Origin: Ptychomitrium polyphyllum
Taxonomy: Eukaryota
DNA: 64,000 nucleotides
Assembly: GCA_973851085.1 (NCBI GenBank)
Contig: OZ316775.1
Location: forward strand, 16,678,001 to 16,742,000
Direction: 5' to 3'
Made by a program: the position numbers and the translations under genes. The notes beneath the pieces are model-generated. The model was given only the letters and a program-made list of their open reading frames with translations. It did not search any database and was not told where the DNA came from. Shown in pieces: positions 42,442-54,752 of this stretch; positions within the stretch are counted from its first letter, which is position 1, and each line of letters begins with the position of its first letter.

Positions 42442-45400
42442 TTCGAACTGATCACCAGAACAGGGTTTTTTGTTAGGAGGATCAAGAAAAGAAACTAAAA
42501 AACGACCCGGCAGAGGAGGCCTGGATCAAGTTTTTTTTTCTTATTTTGAGCCGCCGGATTAGCGAAAATGATTTTTATACCAACTAAAGAAGTGACAATG
42601 TTTTTCATCTATATGTATGTCTCATTCTCATCCAAAGTTGGGGAATACGTAGAAAGGACTAGAAAGATGACTAAAGCATGAATGGTGATACAAATTTGGA
42701 ACATACGGAACTTATATCCTAATACATAAATAATACGTTTCCAATTGCTAGGAAAAAACGAATGCTTCTCTCCCACAAATGGAGCTTCACTCACAAGGTA
42801 GTTTGACAATGTTCCACTTTGCAACTGATGGGCTTTTGTTTGCAAACAAGTGGTTGCACTTTGAGTTTATCCTGCTAATGGTGAAGTGGTACAACTACGA
42901 ACTACATATTTTTTGGTGGTCTCCGGACAGTGTAATTCAGGCACAATATTGGTGGTGTGATTATGCAATAGAACAACTTTGATTTGAATTCTAATGCATG
43001 AGTGATGAGGAAGTAATTTTGTGGTACAGCTATTTATAAAGTAGTGAACCAATTTAAAATCATAACAAAGGTTCAAATCATCAACCGTAGTAAAAAGATA
43101 TTCTACAGAACATGTCTATTTTAGTGATAGTAGATTTGAACCTTGATAGTCATTATGTAGCATATCTTGTTACCATGATTTGGTGACTTATATGCAAATA
43201 CCTTTAGTCTATTATCAAACAACATTTTGACAACAAAATAATATTTTTGAATGATGGAATTATTCTTTTGGAAAATGATGTTCAATGGAATTTCCAATGA
43301 ATGTTAAGCTTTTAAAAACATATCACATGAGAGAACATTTTAAATGTTTAAATTTCCTTAATTCACCAAAGATAGTAATTGTAACATAAGTGATTTTAAA
43401 AACAACTATAAAAAAATGATTTGTAAATTAGACCTTATTTTTATTGGTAAAGTGTATCAAAATGCGATATTCTAATTTAATTTTAAATTTTCTTTTGATT
43501 TTTCCTTCTAATTAAATAAAATAGTTCAAAATCAAATGCAAATTTCATACTTGGAATTTTTTCAATCTTTTAATTGTTAATTTCTCAACTTTAAATAATA
43601 ACTTCACTTATATTAAACAACAAGGTGTTAGCAAATTTATAGACTTTCTAATAAAAATTACTATATAAAGACATGATTTCAAATTGTAATTAAATGAAAT
43701 TGAAATCTTTAAAATTTCAAATTTCAAATCATATTTCTAATGGTTAGAATAAGAAGTAAAAAACACAATTAAATATTATTATTAAGCTTAGTATATAGTA
43801 AATAGTAGATTCTTCCAATGATTCTAAATAAAATTGGATGAAAAATATATTGAATGAAGATGATGTTATTCTAATAGACATATTTTCTATTTATGTCTTT
43901 TGTAGGATAGAATATTCATAGGCTTAAGGATTTCAATTGCTTAAAAGGCATGATAATATAAGATAAAATGCATTCTATTAAGCTTCAAAATTCTTTTTAA
44001 TGTTTATAAAAAATACTTGTAAAAATGTCCTTCTAATATTCAATTTAAGATTAAATTTACAACAAAGTTTAATCATTGATTACATCTACGATACATATTT
44101 TCCATAGTTTTATTTAATTTTCTATGAGTAAAGTGATTTAATTACTGAAAAACTTACTTATGGAAAAATTATTTAATATTATTAACTTTAAGAAAATCAT
44201 ATAAGAAATTATATATGATTAATTTTGAATGTTTTTTCAAATATCAAAAAAATTCTATTTGCATTTTTATTCAAATATATCTTGCTTACAATTTAATGAT
44301 GTGAAAATACTATTTTAGAATTGACATAACAATGAAATAGAGTATTTAATTGTTTCTAATACAAATTATTATTATTAAATTATTGTAAGAAAATTTTAGA
44401 ATAATATTAAAAGATATTTATTTAATAACTAAGGGTGGTAACTCTATTATGAAAATATTTGTGTTAATGAATAAATATCAAAAGAATCAATATCAATTAT
44501 AATCTTTCAACATTACATATTAAGATTCTTATTTGTAAAACTTACATAATATATCATTGGCATTGTAAAGCAACTACAATTTTTTTGGCTTTAAAAATTC
44601 ACAATATTTATATTATTTCATTTCAAATAAAAGTAGATTAAATGGTTTTGCATATGTATAATGTAATTCGACATGTACATTTTTAGTATTTAAAATGTAT
44701 TTTTAAAGAATTTAATATTAAATTAAAAATAATAATTCAAAGATTTATTATTTATTAATTTATATAAAAATATTTGGGCATGCTTTAATTTGAACTCTAG
44801 TATTTGCTTTATAAATTTTTATTTTATATAAAAAAACATTTGATGAATTTATCCAAAAATTCAAGGTTTAATTTTATTTATTTATTTTTCTGTAGCATGT
44901 TGTTTACCAATGGCAAATATTCAAAGCATTGTAACAAAAATATTTCAAAACTTTATTCAATCAAGTCATTATTTCAAAGTCTTTTCATTAACTTTGATTA
45001 ATATTATATATATTTGATTAAAAAGGATCAACAAATATCATATTATAATATCTCATTATTATAATATAATTAAATAATAACAAAACTAACATTAATTAAA
45101 GGTAAGAAATGATTAATATTTTAATGCATTATAAACTTTTCAATTGTTTAAAAATATAGACTAATTAATAAATAAGCATCTTATTCACATTTATTATTAC
45201 ATTGACATAAACAAAGATTAAAAATTGCATAATTTTTTTTATTGTAAATGAATGGCATTGTGTTAGTATTCTTTAATAATTGCTTAAAGTAGCTTTTGCA
45301 TAAATAATATAAAGTGGCAAACATGTATAATAAATATTGATATGGAACTTTTATATTTAATGCAATTGATTCAATACTTAATCATCAGTTAAGAAAAAAA

Positions 45401-46548
45401 GAATACATTGGAATCTTTGTTGGATTGTTTTTTTTTAATGGTAATTCCATCTATCATTCTAAAATGTTATAATTTTTTTTATAATGAATATGAAATAGTC
45501 TACCTTGTAGTATGGAGGTTTTTAATTTGAAATTATTAGAATCCAGTATAATATTGTTGTATAATATTTTAGAATCTAATTTGAACTAATTGTACACTTT
45601 TGTGCGCATGTCTGAGTAAAAATTATTGAAAAATAATTGCCAACATCATCCACCATATAACTCCAATTCCTTACAGAATACACAATATTTTCACCTTTTA
45701 TGTATTATAGGCAAGATTACACATTCTACATTTATAATTCCATAATATTACATTAATTCATAACATTACATAAATTTTACAACTTTTTCTTATATCTCTT
45801 CATGTACTAAAATTGAGAAAAACTTTTCTAATATTATTTCCATTTGTCTTTTATATTTTAAATCAAAAGTCAATGAAAAATATCTTAAAACTTGTTGCTA
45901 AGTAGACTTTAGCATCATCGCCTACCATAAATCAAAACTTTTACTAACATAATTAACATGAACATCTTCAAAGCTACTACCTTGTTGGCATCTGATTCGG
46001 TGGACGATCCATCAATTTAGGTGGCTAAACATATACAATATTACATAACCTCCCAACGCCCCACCAAGAAAAGAGTACCAGAGCTAAAAGATATTACACT
46101 TGCCGTGAACGATGGGTTTGGATGAAAGTCGACACATGTCACTACTGCATTGGTCGAGACGACCCAAATCCAACGTGGGATCACCGTTTCAACAGAAAAG
46201 TGCAGAAGCAATTCCGTTACAGCTTTAAGCTCGGTGACATCTTCACAGCCCCCCAGAGTGTACACGATGCCGATGCGCTCTGCAGGTGCGAAAGAGAACG
46301 CAAGGAGAGAACGCAAGGGAGAACACAAGGGAACGAGAACAGGCAGTGTAGGAGAGGTAGGGAGCGAGAGAAAAGGAATGCGGGGTGGACGAGGTGCAGC
46401 AGCATCATCCAGGGTGGAAATGAAATGTGATGCGATGCAATGCAATGCAATGCAGAGACGGAAAAGGAGTCAAAGGGAAGCCGGGGAGCCCACTGTCCAA
46501 TATGAGCTCTTGCAGCCTCTCCTCGCGGCTCAAAAGATATCCACCAGC

Positions 46549-46709
46549 CTTATCCTCCGTTCCTACACACCCCCTTCTACCGCCGCTCCGCGGTTGCGCA
46601 TCCGCTACATTACCACTCGGCTTTGCTGTGGCGACGCGCGCATTCAGTTTGCTAGCCCTAGTGTCTGTGTTTTCGTATTCGGAGCTTCAAGCTCGTTGAT
46701 CAGCACGTG
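46549..46709 (+). promoter_or_regulatory. I-box and G-box light-response-type motifs upstream of PsaD
   Basis: CTTATCC (reverse GGATAAG) at 46549-46555 and CACGTG at 46704-46709. These are short motifs supported only by context. Confidence 0.35.
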
Positions 46710-46749
46710 GACCTAGCTTGCGATATCATCAGCAGTTCGGCAGCCAGCT

Positions 46750-48054
46750 ATGGCGGCTCTTGCCACCCCGGCCTCCCTGGCTATCGCTGCGCCTTCCGCA
46801 GCTGTCTCGCAGCACCGCGCCTCCGCTTCCCTCAGGCTCTCCGGTTTCCAGGTGTGTTAGCTTTCGGTCTTATCCGGTTTTATGGTTTGCGTCTTTAGTT
46901 GGAATTGGACTAGCGTCGGATATGCCGTTTGGTTTTCATAGTATTTCGTTTAGTTTTGTGACTTGGTCTCTAGCTTTTGCTTGGCAGCCATTCTGTTGGA
47001 CCCTCGTCGCATGAGGTTGGTCTGAGCTCTCTATTTCTGTACGAGACTGTCCACTTGCAGAAGGAGTTAAGTATAGCGAGCGGCAGAGCATTTGATAGAG
47101 TTGCACATGGCAGTGCAGCCCGAAGAGTAGCGACGGACTCTGTAGTTCGTGGACTCTCACATGAGTATGTACTCTGTGTCATTGGTTACTGCATATTGGT
47201 TGTATATGTACTTTTGATAGCTTACTCTGTATCTGATGATCATGTAGGGTCAGAGGCTTGCCGCTGTGTGCAATGGCGCTCGTGTGATGATGGCCGCAGC
47301 AGAGGGCGCCGCTCCTGATGCTACAGCTGCCCCTGAGGCCCCAAAGGGTTTCACTCCCCCAACCTTGAATGCCGACACCCCGGCACCTATCTTCGGTGGA
47401 AGCACCGGAGGTCTTCTGCGGAAGGCCCAGGTTGAGGAATTCTACGTCATTACCTGGGAATCTCCCAAGGAGCAGATTTTTGAAATGCCTACTGGTAAGC
47501 TTTCAGACGTTTTTGAAATTCTCATTATGTATTTACACATTTATGAGAATGTGTCTGATTTTCAGGTTATCTTTATGTTTCAAGACTGTCGTAGGTATAA
47601 TGTCGACGGAATGTTCGACACTGCCGTATAGCTGTCAAATGACATCATATTTTAATATGATCTGAAGATGCTCTTACGAAGGATCTATATGCTTTGATTG
47701 ATCTGAGTCTATTTTGGGAAGCCTAATCCACCAGTTGCTGTCATTGACAAATGTGGGGGTTATTGTGCAGGTGGAGCTGCAATTATGAGGTCGGGACCCA
47801 ACCTACTGAAGTTGGCTAGGAAGGAGCAGTGCCTTGCCCTCGGTGCCAGGCTGAGGACCAAGTTCAAAATCCAGTACCAATTTTACCGTGTTTTCCCCAA
47901 CGGTGAAGTCCAATACCTCCACCCCAAGGATGGTATCTACCCTGAGAAGGTGAACGCTGGAAGGAGCGCTGTTGGAGTTAACAATAGGTCCATTGGAAAG
48001 AACGCAAACCCTGCAGAGCTTAAGTTTGCCCACAAGCAAGCTTATGACTTGTAG
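46750..48054 (+). CDS. PsaD: Photosystem I reaction center subunit II (PsaD), chloroplast precursor
   Basis: Exons 46750-46851 (Ala/Ser-rich transit peptide), 47248-47494 and 47771-48054. Motifs [60 protein letters not shown] and [17 protein letters not shown]. Confidence 0.98.
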
Positions 48055-49330
48055 ATTTATCATCTTTCTTGTATATCGAATTTATGAATGTAACTTAGTT
48101 TTCACATGACCTTTCTATCAATAAGCGTAGGCGTACAATTGCTCTGGCTGCAATGTGCGAGTGTTGTGATGAATGGTCCTCCCGAAGTTTCACCTCTAAA
48201 TTGTCCTGGAGGGAGCTGAATTGAAGGGCTTTGAAGCTACCTGCTGCAGAACAGTTAGTACCGGATCATGCGGTAATTCGAACATTGACGAGGATTCAGA
48301 AATAACATCCAACTTCGTATATATGGGAAAGTACTACAGGTACCGTTGTTCAGTCTGACATTTAAAGGTTGCCATATTAATTTGTTTCGTACCTAAACAT
48401 GTTTATCTGCAACACGAGGCATGCGTGTAAAAATATACTACCTTGTCATCTTTATCGTCTCGTACGCTTTTCCATATTGAAATGAATACCGTTGCACCTA
48501 GCTGCTACTTCCAACTTCAGGCAGGAGTAGGTAATGCAGTTTTTCACCTTTGTACATCAGTGTATGTAAATAAGTATCGTAAATTTTCGATTCACTTTCG
48601 TACCGCATAAAATTATATGCAGGTTAACAGAAGCAATTTGAATGGTGGACCAGTATCCGTCTTGAAGAGTGTTGAGATCACATGTGATTGACTTTTGGCA
48701 GCCAGTTCTACTGCTTGCAATTCTTATAATATGTAGACACGATGAATTATATCACTTTGGAAATGTACGAAATACACATTATTTGGAAAATGTGCTTGCA
48801 GAGCATATGCTCATCAGCATAACTGGCTCACTGATTTTATAGTAACCATCACCACCTAGGTTCCTTAAACTGCGAATGAGGAAACTTAACAGGTGCGAGG
48901 ATTCCATGCTCATCAGAACTCTGAAAACGATCGCACTGTTTCATTATTTGTGACTCCCAGAACAGTCTCATCATTTGTTCTTCGGACAGTGGGGCAACAA
49001 CAAACGAGACATCCTGAACCCCAAATTTTTTCAGCACACTGGGTGTGTAGCTACAAACCTCACAAAGTGACCAACTCTTTGATTGATCCGTATAAATCTC
49101 GTACATCACGAAGTGGCATCAAACTTCTAAAGCTAAACATTATCCTAAAAATAAGTAGTCCCAAGGCTTCATTGCAGACAAACTTTTGCAACATGGACTT
49201 TGATCCTCACTGGAGTTAAAACTTAAAACATGAAAAGTACATTGCACCGAGGAGCTGGGGGCATGACTCCTATATGGCGTGGGAACATGGGTTTCCTAGC
49301 TTCTACTGGCAGTCCATTGAAAAACATGGC

Positions 49331-50314
49331 CTAATCCTTCACCTTTCTCCGACCCCTTTCTAAACCAAGACCCATAGATTCTCTGGCACCCTCGATACCC
49401 TTCGGATCTGCACATTACATCAAATGCAATTCATATTCAGATTCCCAAATCATTATCAAATACGCTAGTTTAAGCAAAATTCGCTCATAAATCTTGATGT
49501 CCAACACACATCATAAAGTGGAGATTACTCTCCATGAATTTTAAATCTTGCCGTATAACTCAATTCTTTAAAGTAATAGCATGTCTCTGCACCTCTTTCC
49601 CAACTCGAACCCCAAGGCCTTCTCTCAGAAGAAATGAGTGAAAAACTTCGGCCCAAAATCTGTTAAATCAGATCCAAATAAAGATTATGAAGTTCGAAGA
49701 TCATGCCACCAGTACTAAATCGCAATTCCGCTCAATGGGAACTAACTGTCTCGGAAATACCATGCACCAAAGGCAATAAAAAAGCTTACCAAAAAACTGT
49801 GTGAAAATGCGTGTGAAGAAGCCGACATTTCGTGCAACGCTCCCCGCTACATGAGGTGGCAAGGGCATGAGGAGGGTGTCCAGGCTCAAAGCCCTTCTCA
49901 CAAACTGCAACACCAACAGAACTGGACTTTCTCAAGCAGAGTATTGTTTACTTTTATCTCTAGAAAGTCTGAAGCTCCTCAGTATCAACATAAAGAAAGA
50001 CAGAACAAATAGGATTCAACTATCAAAAGGTGCAAGTCACTGTCGCTTGCGTAAGTGACAGTCTGTGGTACCCGGAAGTTCCTCGAGAAAGCAAGAGTAA
50101 GGTCTTCATCAAACTCAAACATGCTTTGCTTTGAGGCGTCAAGCGTTGGCAAACCACCCTTCTTACGCGGTGGCGGTGCATGCATGGTGGATCCTTTACC
50201 AGGCTCCCTCACAGCCTTCATTTTCAGGTTATCATATTTCTCCTTCTTTGGAGCAGGCTGCCTCCACGGTGGGACATACCCGTCCTGGTCCTTGATTTTG
50301 CTACTGCCTGCCAT
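49331..50314 (-). CDS. Uncharacterised small basic protein, ~144 aa
   Basis: Exons 50314-50072, 49904-49790 and 49407-49331 join in frame with GT-AG sites: MAGSSKIKDQ...DEDLTLAFSRNFR/FVRRALSLDTLLMPLPPHVAGSVARNVGFFTRIFTQFF/DPKGIEGARESMGLGLERGRRKVKD*. The C-terminus resembles a conserved land-plant protein as I recall it; not verified by search. Confidence 0.82.
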
Positions 50315-51267
50315 CCGTCTGTAGTTCAATACGCACAATGTTAATCCTCATTCAATCTGTCCTCGCTCTAGCTTACTGTAACAATTTGCACATAAAATCT
50401 GAGTAGCGGCGCCACAGTATTAAATTTTTCTCTTCGAGTCTTTACCAATTCACACTGATGTTCACGATTATCATTCACCCTTGCCAGCAGCTTGAATCTA
50501 GTACCCTCAGCAAGGAATCTGGCTCACTCATTCAAAGTCAACGAAAATTAAATCTTCTGTGGGCGTTGTCCATCGAAGAGATTATCAGAGGTCGTGATGT
50601 GTGGACTGAATTTCATGCATCACAAACCCCAAACCCAAAAAAATGCAAAAACCCCCTACCTCTATCACGAATGCGTTCTGACAGCTTGACCTAAACCAGC
50701 AATACCCGTTTCCGACTTCCAAGAGTGAATTTGCGCTTATGATAGCTGTTGCCGTATCTGCTTCCAGGTTCCAACCTCAATTTCCAATAACATTGATATC
50801 TACATTCTCTCCAAACAAACACGCCATACCCATAACCAAAGCGGAATCACATGTGAATTCTTCCGTAAAACACAGAACACGACCAAAACCCTAGCAGCTA
50901 GTCCACACCCCGCTTCCCAAGAAAACTGCTATAAATCGCATCCGTCTGCCACACCCCTCGTAACATCCAAAAACCTCGAAAATCCCAAATTTCCAGAAAA
51001 GCCAATAAGAAAACACTCATCCTATCCGAGTCAACTCTCATTCAGCATGACCCTCAGCTACTTCCACAACAAGATTCCCAGCAACCAACAAATGCAACAC
51101 AGTAAGCGCTACTCATCCCTAAAACAAATGAGAGACGGGGATGACATACATACAACTCGGCCGCAGATGGAGCAAACCCAGTAGTGGAACTCTGCGGCAA
51201 CCGATCAGAGGCTCCACCACGCAACCCCTTGAGACAAAACAGAGAGCATGGCAGAATTCCCTCTCTG

Positions 51268-51294
51268 CACACGCGCGCGCACACAAAACACAAA

Positions 51295-51343
<49 letters not shown>
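51268..51343. repeat. (CG)n/(CA)~22 alternating purine-pyrimidine microsatellite
   Basis: CACACGCGCGCGCACAC followed by an uninterrupted CA run at 51299-51343. Confidence 0.95.
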
Positions 51344-51347
<4 letters not shown>

Positions 51348-51470
51348 AGCGGATAAGAGAACGTGGGAACGCTCCTTGCGAACATGTGTGCCCTAGCCAC
51401 TCAGCCCTGGAAGCAGGCTGAGCTGTGCTGTGCTGTGCACTATCTCACACAGGGGACCCATCCCTTACGT

Positions 51471-51540
51471 TGGTTTATGTTCGAATGTTTTGTGCTTGCG
51501 ATGGTTTTTGTTCGAATGTTGTGTGCTTGCGATGGTTTAT
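51471..51540. repeat. 31-bp tandem duplication (2.3 copies, 2 mismatches)
   Basis: TGGTTTATGTTCGAATGTTTTGTGCTTGCGA (51471-51501) and TGGTTTTTGTTCGAATGTTGTGTGCTTGCGA (51502-51532). Confidence 0.9.
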
Positions 51541-51671
51541 TAAGTGCGTTATGGTTCTCTCGTGTCAGGGGTGACAGTTTATATTATAAACAGTATATAT
51601 TAAGTAAGAGATTCTACACTCACATCTCTTTCGATTTTATAGGAAATTCTGACAACTCTATCATTCCTGTC

Positions 51672-51743
51672 GGTCCCGTAGTCTAGCGGTCAGGACATTG
51701 GACTCTGAATCCAGTAACGCGAGTTCAAATCTCGCCGGGACCT
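51672..51743 (+). tRNA. trnQ-CUG: tRNA-Gln (anticodon CUG)
   Basis: 72-nt cloverleaf: acceptor stem GGTCCCG/CGGGACC, anticodon arm TTGGA-CTCTGAA-TCCAG, T-arm GCGAG-TTCAAAT-CTCGC. Downstream T runs (51771-51774, 51782-51786) fit a Pol III terminator. Confidence 0.97.
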
Positions 51744-53256
51744 CTAAATTCCCAGCTTCGCTCTGTTTAGTTTTCCCTGGCTTTTTCAAACTGTGTTAGT
51801 GGAGTCCTCTGCAGGGGTAATTTCACCGAAAATGGCTTGGCTTGGCATATATTAAACTTTCGATAAAGAAAAAGAATATGAGCCAAAATCCCCTTGGCTA
51901 TCTAAATATCATCCTAACGTCATCCTCCTATCAGCCTCGTGTCAGCTTCGTGTCACCCTAGCCTATTTGCGATTTTGTAGATATTGAGGTAGATAACATT
52001 TTAACAAAGTCTGGCTCAATTGTTTCCACTAGTCCTCGGTTCCAGAAATGGTCGTCGCAAATCTCATCAGGTTTACATGATATAAGGGATGATTATTTGT
52101 GCGAGTTAGTGTGTAGGCTTATTGAGGATGTCGAAGGTTTGGTTTTCATTACCACAACTTGGATTTCCCAGCTATGGATTATTACATAAAGAGCTTGGCG
52201 ACGGTTGAACGTCTCAAGGATACTAAATGAACAGGACCTACCTGGGAAGTATGCTCTGGTCTCCAACTTAATAAAACACTCGCAATCTAAGCGACTATGT
52301 TTGACATGGAAACCTGTGAGTTAAATGGTTCACAACCAGCAATGTGCTATATTTCACCATATAAACTTGTAATTCAGAATTGGGTCCAGATTGGAAATAT
52401 TTGCTAGAATTATCCATAAGTATCGATTACATTAACAGAACTGAGTTGATGCACGATGTACAGAGTACGAGAGCAAATTACAAGTTAGAATGCCCCTAGA
52501 ATTCTTACAGATCATCCTGATCTCCTACTATGATGTGCGCTAAACGGAGGTGGATTGGAACTATCGGTAATTGAAGCTTCTTAATGTAACCATGGCTACA
52601 GTTTGATAACTTAGTTCGTAACCTCATTATGTAACGAGACACACCTCGTAGCGGACACAAAGGATGCACATAGCACATTTTAGAACTGAATTGTAGCGTA
52701 CTGTGTGAACGAGCCAGACAGACTCAGCGGAGACCGTGTAAAATATACCATAAAACGCTTCATCGTCAGTCTCAAACATCGCAAAACGCCAAAAGCTACA
52801 TACATTTCAACTACCTCAAAAAAACACTTGTTAAAAGCATTGGAGGAATTACACAAAATTCGTCCAGAAACACCCGGAAGTACGTCTCAAAAGCGGATCT
52901 TGAACCAAAAAATGATCAGTTATATTAGTGCCTCTCTAGAGTTAATGCAAGGCCCGACTCGATCTAGCCCCTACATAATGCTATGCCGCTACAACTAATT
53001 TATAGAAACTATTACGAATACCGCAGCTGCAAGTCCCACTGTACAACGAACCATCATACTACAAAACATCGGTTCAAAATTCCTGATATACTGTCCATGC
53101 AGTGCAAGAGAACGAAAGGCATATCAAGCAATCCCAAACCTTCTCAACTGTACTCCGACAATGTGTGGTGCATAACAATAGGTCTTTGATCGGGAGCTCC
53201 CCTGGGGTTGAACTACTGGAATGGCTCATCACACGAGAGCCATCTCCAAATGACTA

Positions 53257-54752
53257 CTACTGGGTTCCAGCCGAGACCCAGACGACATCATTCCCAGTGC
53301 TCCAATGGCACGCCTCAGCACCACGAGGAATGTTCAAAGCAGTAAAGGCAGGATGCTCAGACGCCCACAAGCTGGTGTCCAGGTGGCAAATGCCCACTGC
53401 GTTGATGAGGGAGCTATCCTGTGCACGGAGAGAAGCTTGCACCACTTTCGTACCTGTGACATGATGGCAATAATACAGAGCAGAAGGAAACATGATGCTA
53501 TGGCAAATGATAATGTGATCACCTTCGGCCAAGCTCCGCTTCGTGACACTCTCGATCTTCACAGGCGCCAACGGCTGGGCGGGCGTTTGGGCAGGAGCGC
53601 CAGTAGTGGAGAGCGCTTGCACTTCGGATCCGAGCTGCGAGGAGACGAACTGTGCCATGGCTGTTAGAGTGGCGGGGCAGTCCTTGTTCTCGCCTGGGAG
53701 GGCGAGGCTCTCGCAGAGGTAGGCGGCCGTGCCCATCATCGTGGACATGGGCGTCTTGTCCTCGATGTTGAAGGTCTGTCTGAGCTTGGGGAGGTTGGCA
53801 CCGGTGAGGGCAGGCAGAGAGTCGGCCACGACGCCGGGGAGGAAGGCGCGCATAGGGATGGGGTCGTGGAGATTCTCCGAGAGGTGCATTTCCCCGCCAA
53901 CGACGAGGTTTTCTTCCAGAAAGAAATCTAACTGGAAGTCGTTGACGGTCTTGATTGAGGACGCGCGGGGGCCGGCTTCCGTGTCGACTCCGTAGGACGA
54001 TATTTTGACGTGCTCTTCGCAGATGAGACCGGCTGCCTCGCAGAAATCTGCACTCACGGAAGGGAAGACTGCTCCGCGGGTGAGTGCACTCGCGAAACGG
54101 ATGGAAATTGGTGAATCCTCGACGGGCGACATAGACTGGCGAAGCATTTCAGGAAGGATAACATTCGGCAATACAGTGCTCCATAGCGTCACAGATGAGT
54201 CGACTGCAGTTGCCGAAGGGCATGTACTCACCTGTACAAGAACACCACTGAAGCTTATAAACATATCATGCATCCCGTATCCTGAAGTATATGCATCGTT
54301 TCGACATTCTTGAATGAGAAATATCCGGCAGGGGCAAGAATATTGCCGACAGTTCAGCTCAAGAAGATATCATTTTAGGGAAGACACTACTGATTCCAAG
54401 CGCTGTCCGTCCTCAAAAGAACTTCACCTCAACGCAAGCAAATATTCAAAAAAGACAGACAGCCAACGAGCGATCACTTTCATTACAATTTATAACGTGT
54501 AGCATAATAGAACACTGCAAATTAGTCACTTAAGTCCTGTTAGACTGTTCAAACTCGCTCCAACGTCTCTCATATCCCTCATGACCAGTGACCACATGCA
54601 TGAATTCGCAGACAGTGATGGAAAACCAACAGATAACGCAACAATGCAACGTATATAACAATCATTTCATGTGGGTTACTGGATGCAATGCTAACCAGAG
54701 CGAAGAGCGTCAGAAACAGAGTCTGCAATGTTGCTGCATGCACACTTGCCAT
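53257..54752 (-). CDS. BURP domain-containing secreted protein, ~343 aa
   Basis: Signal-peptide exon 54752-54696 (MASVHAATLQTLFLTLFAL) spliced to 54231-53257. Domain start DFFLEENL and the BURP signature CH-X10-CH-X25-CH-X24-CH-X8-W. Confidence 0.92.

Noticed and set aside
46041..46716. Overlapping 100-190 aa ORFs upstream of PsaD
   Set aside because: GC-richer promoter sequence with open frames on both strands and no motifs or splice structure.
51054..51400. ORFs with poly-CV / poly-HT
   Set aside because: Translation of the (CA)n microsatellite.
53305..54313. Several + strand ORFs over the BURP gene
   Set aside because: Antisense shadows of a GC-rich coding exon.
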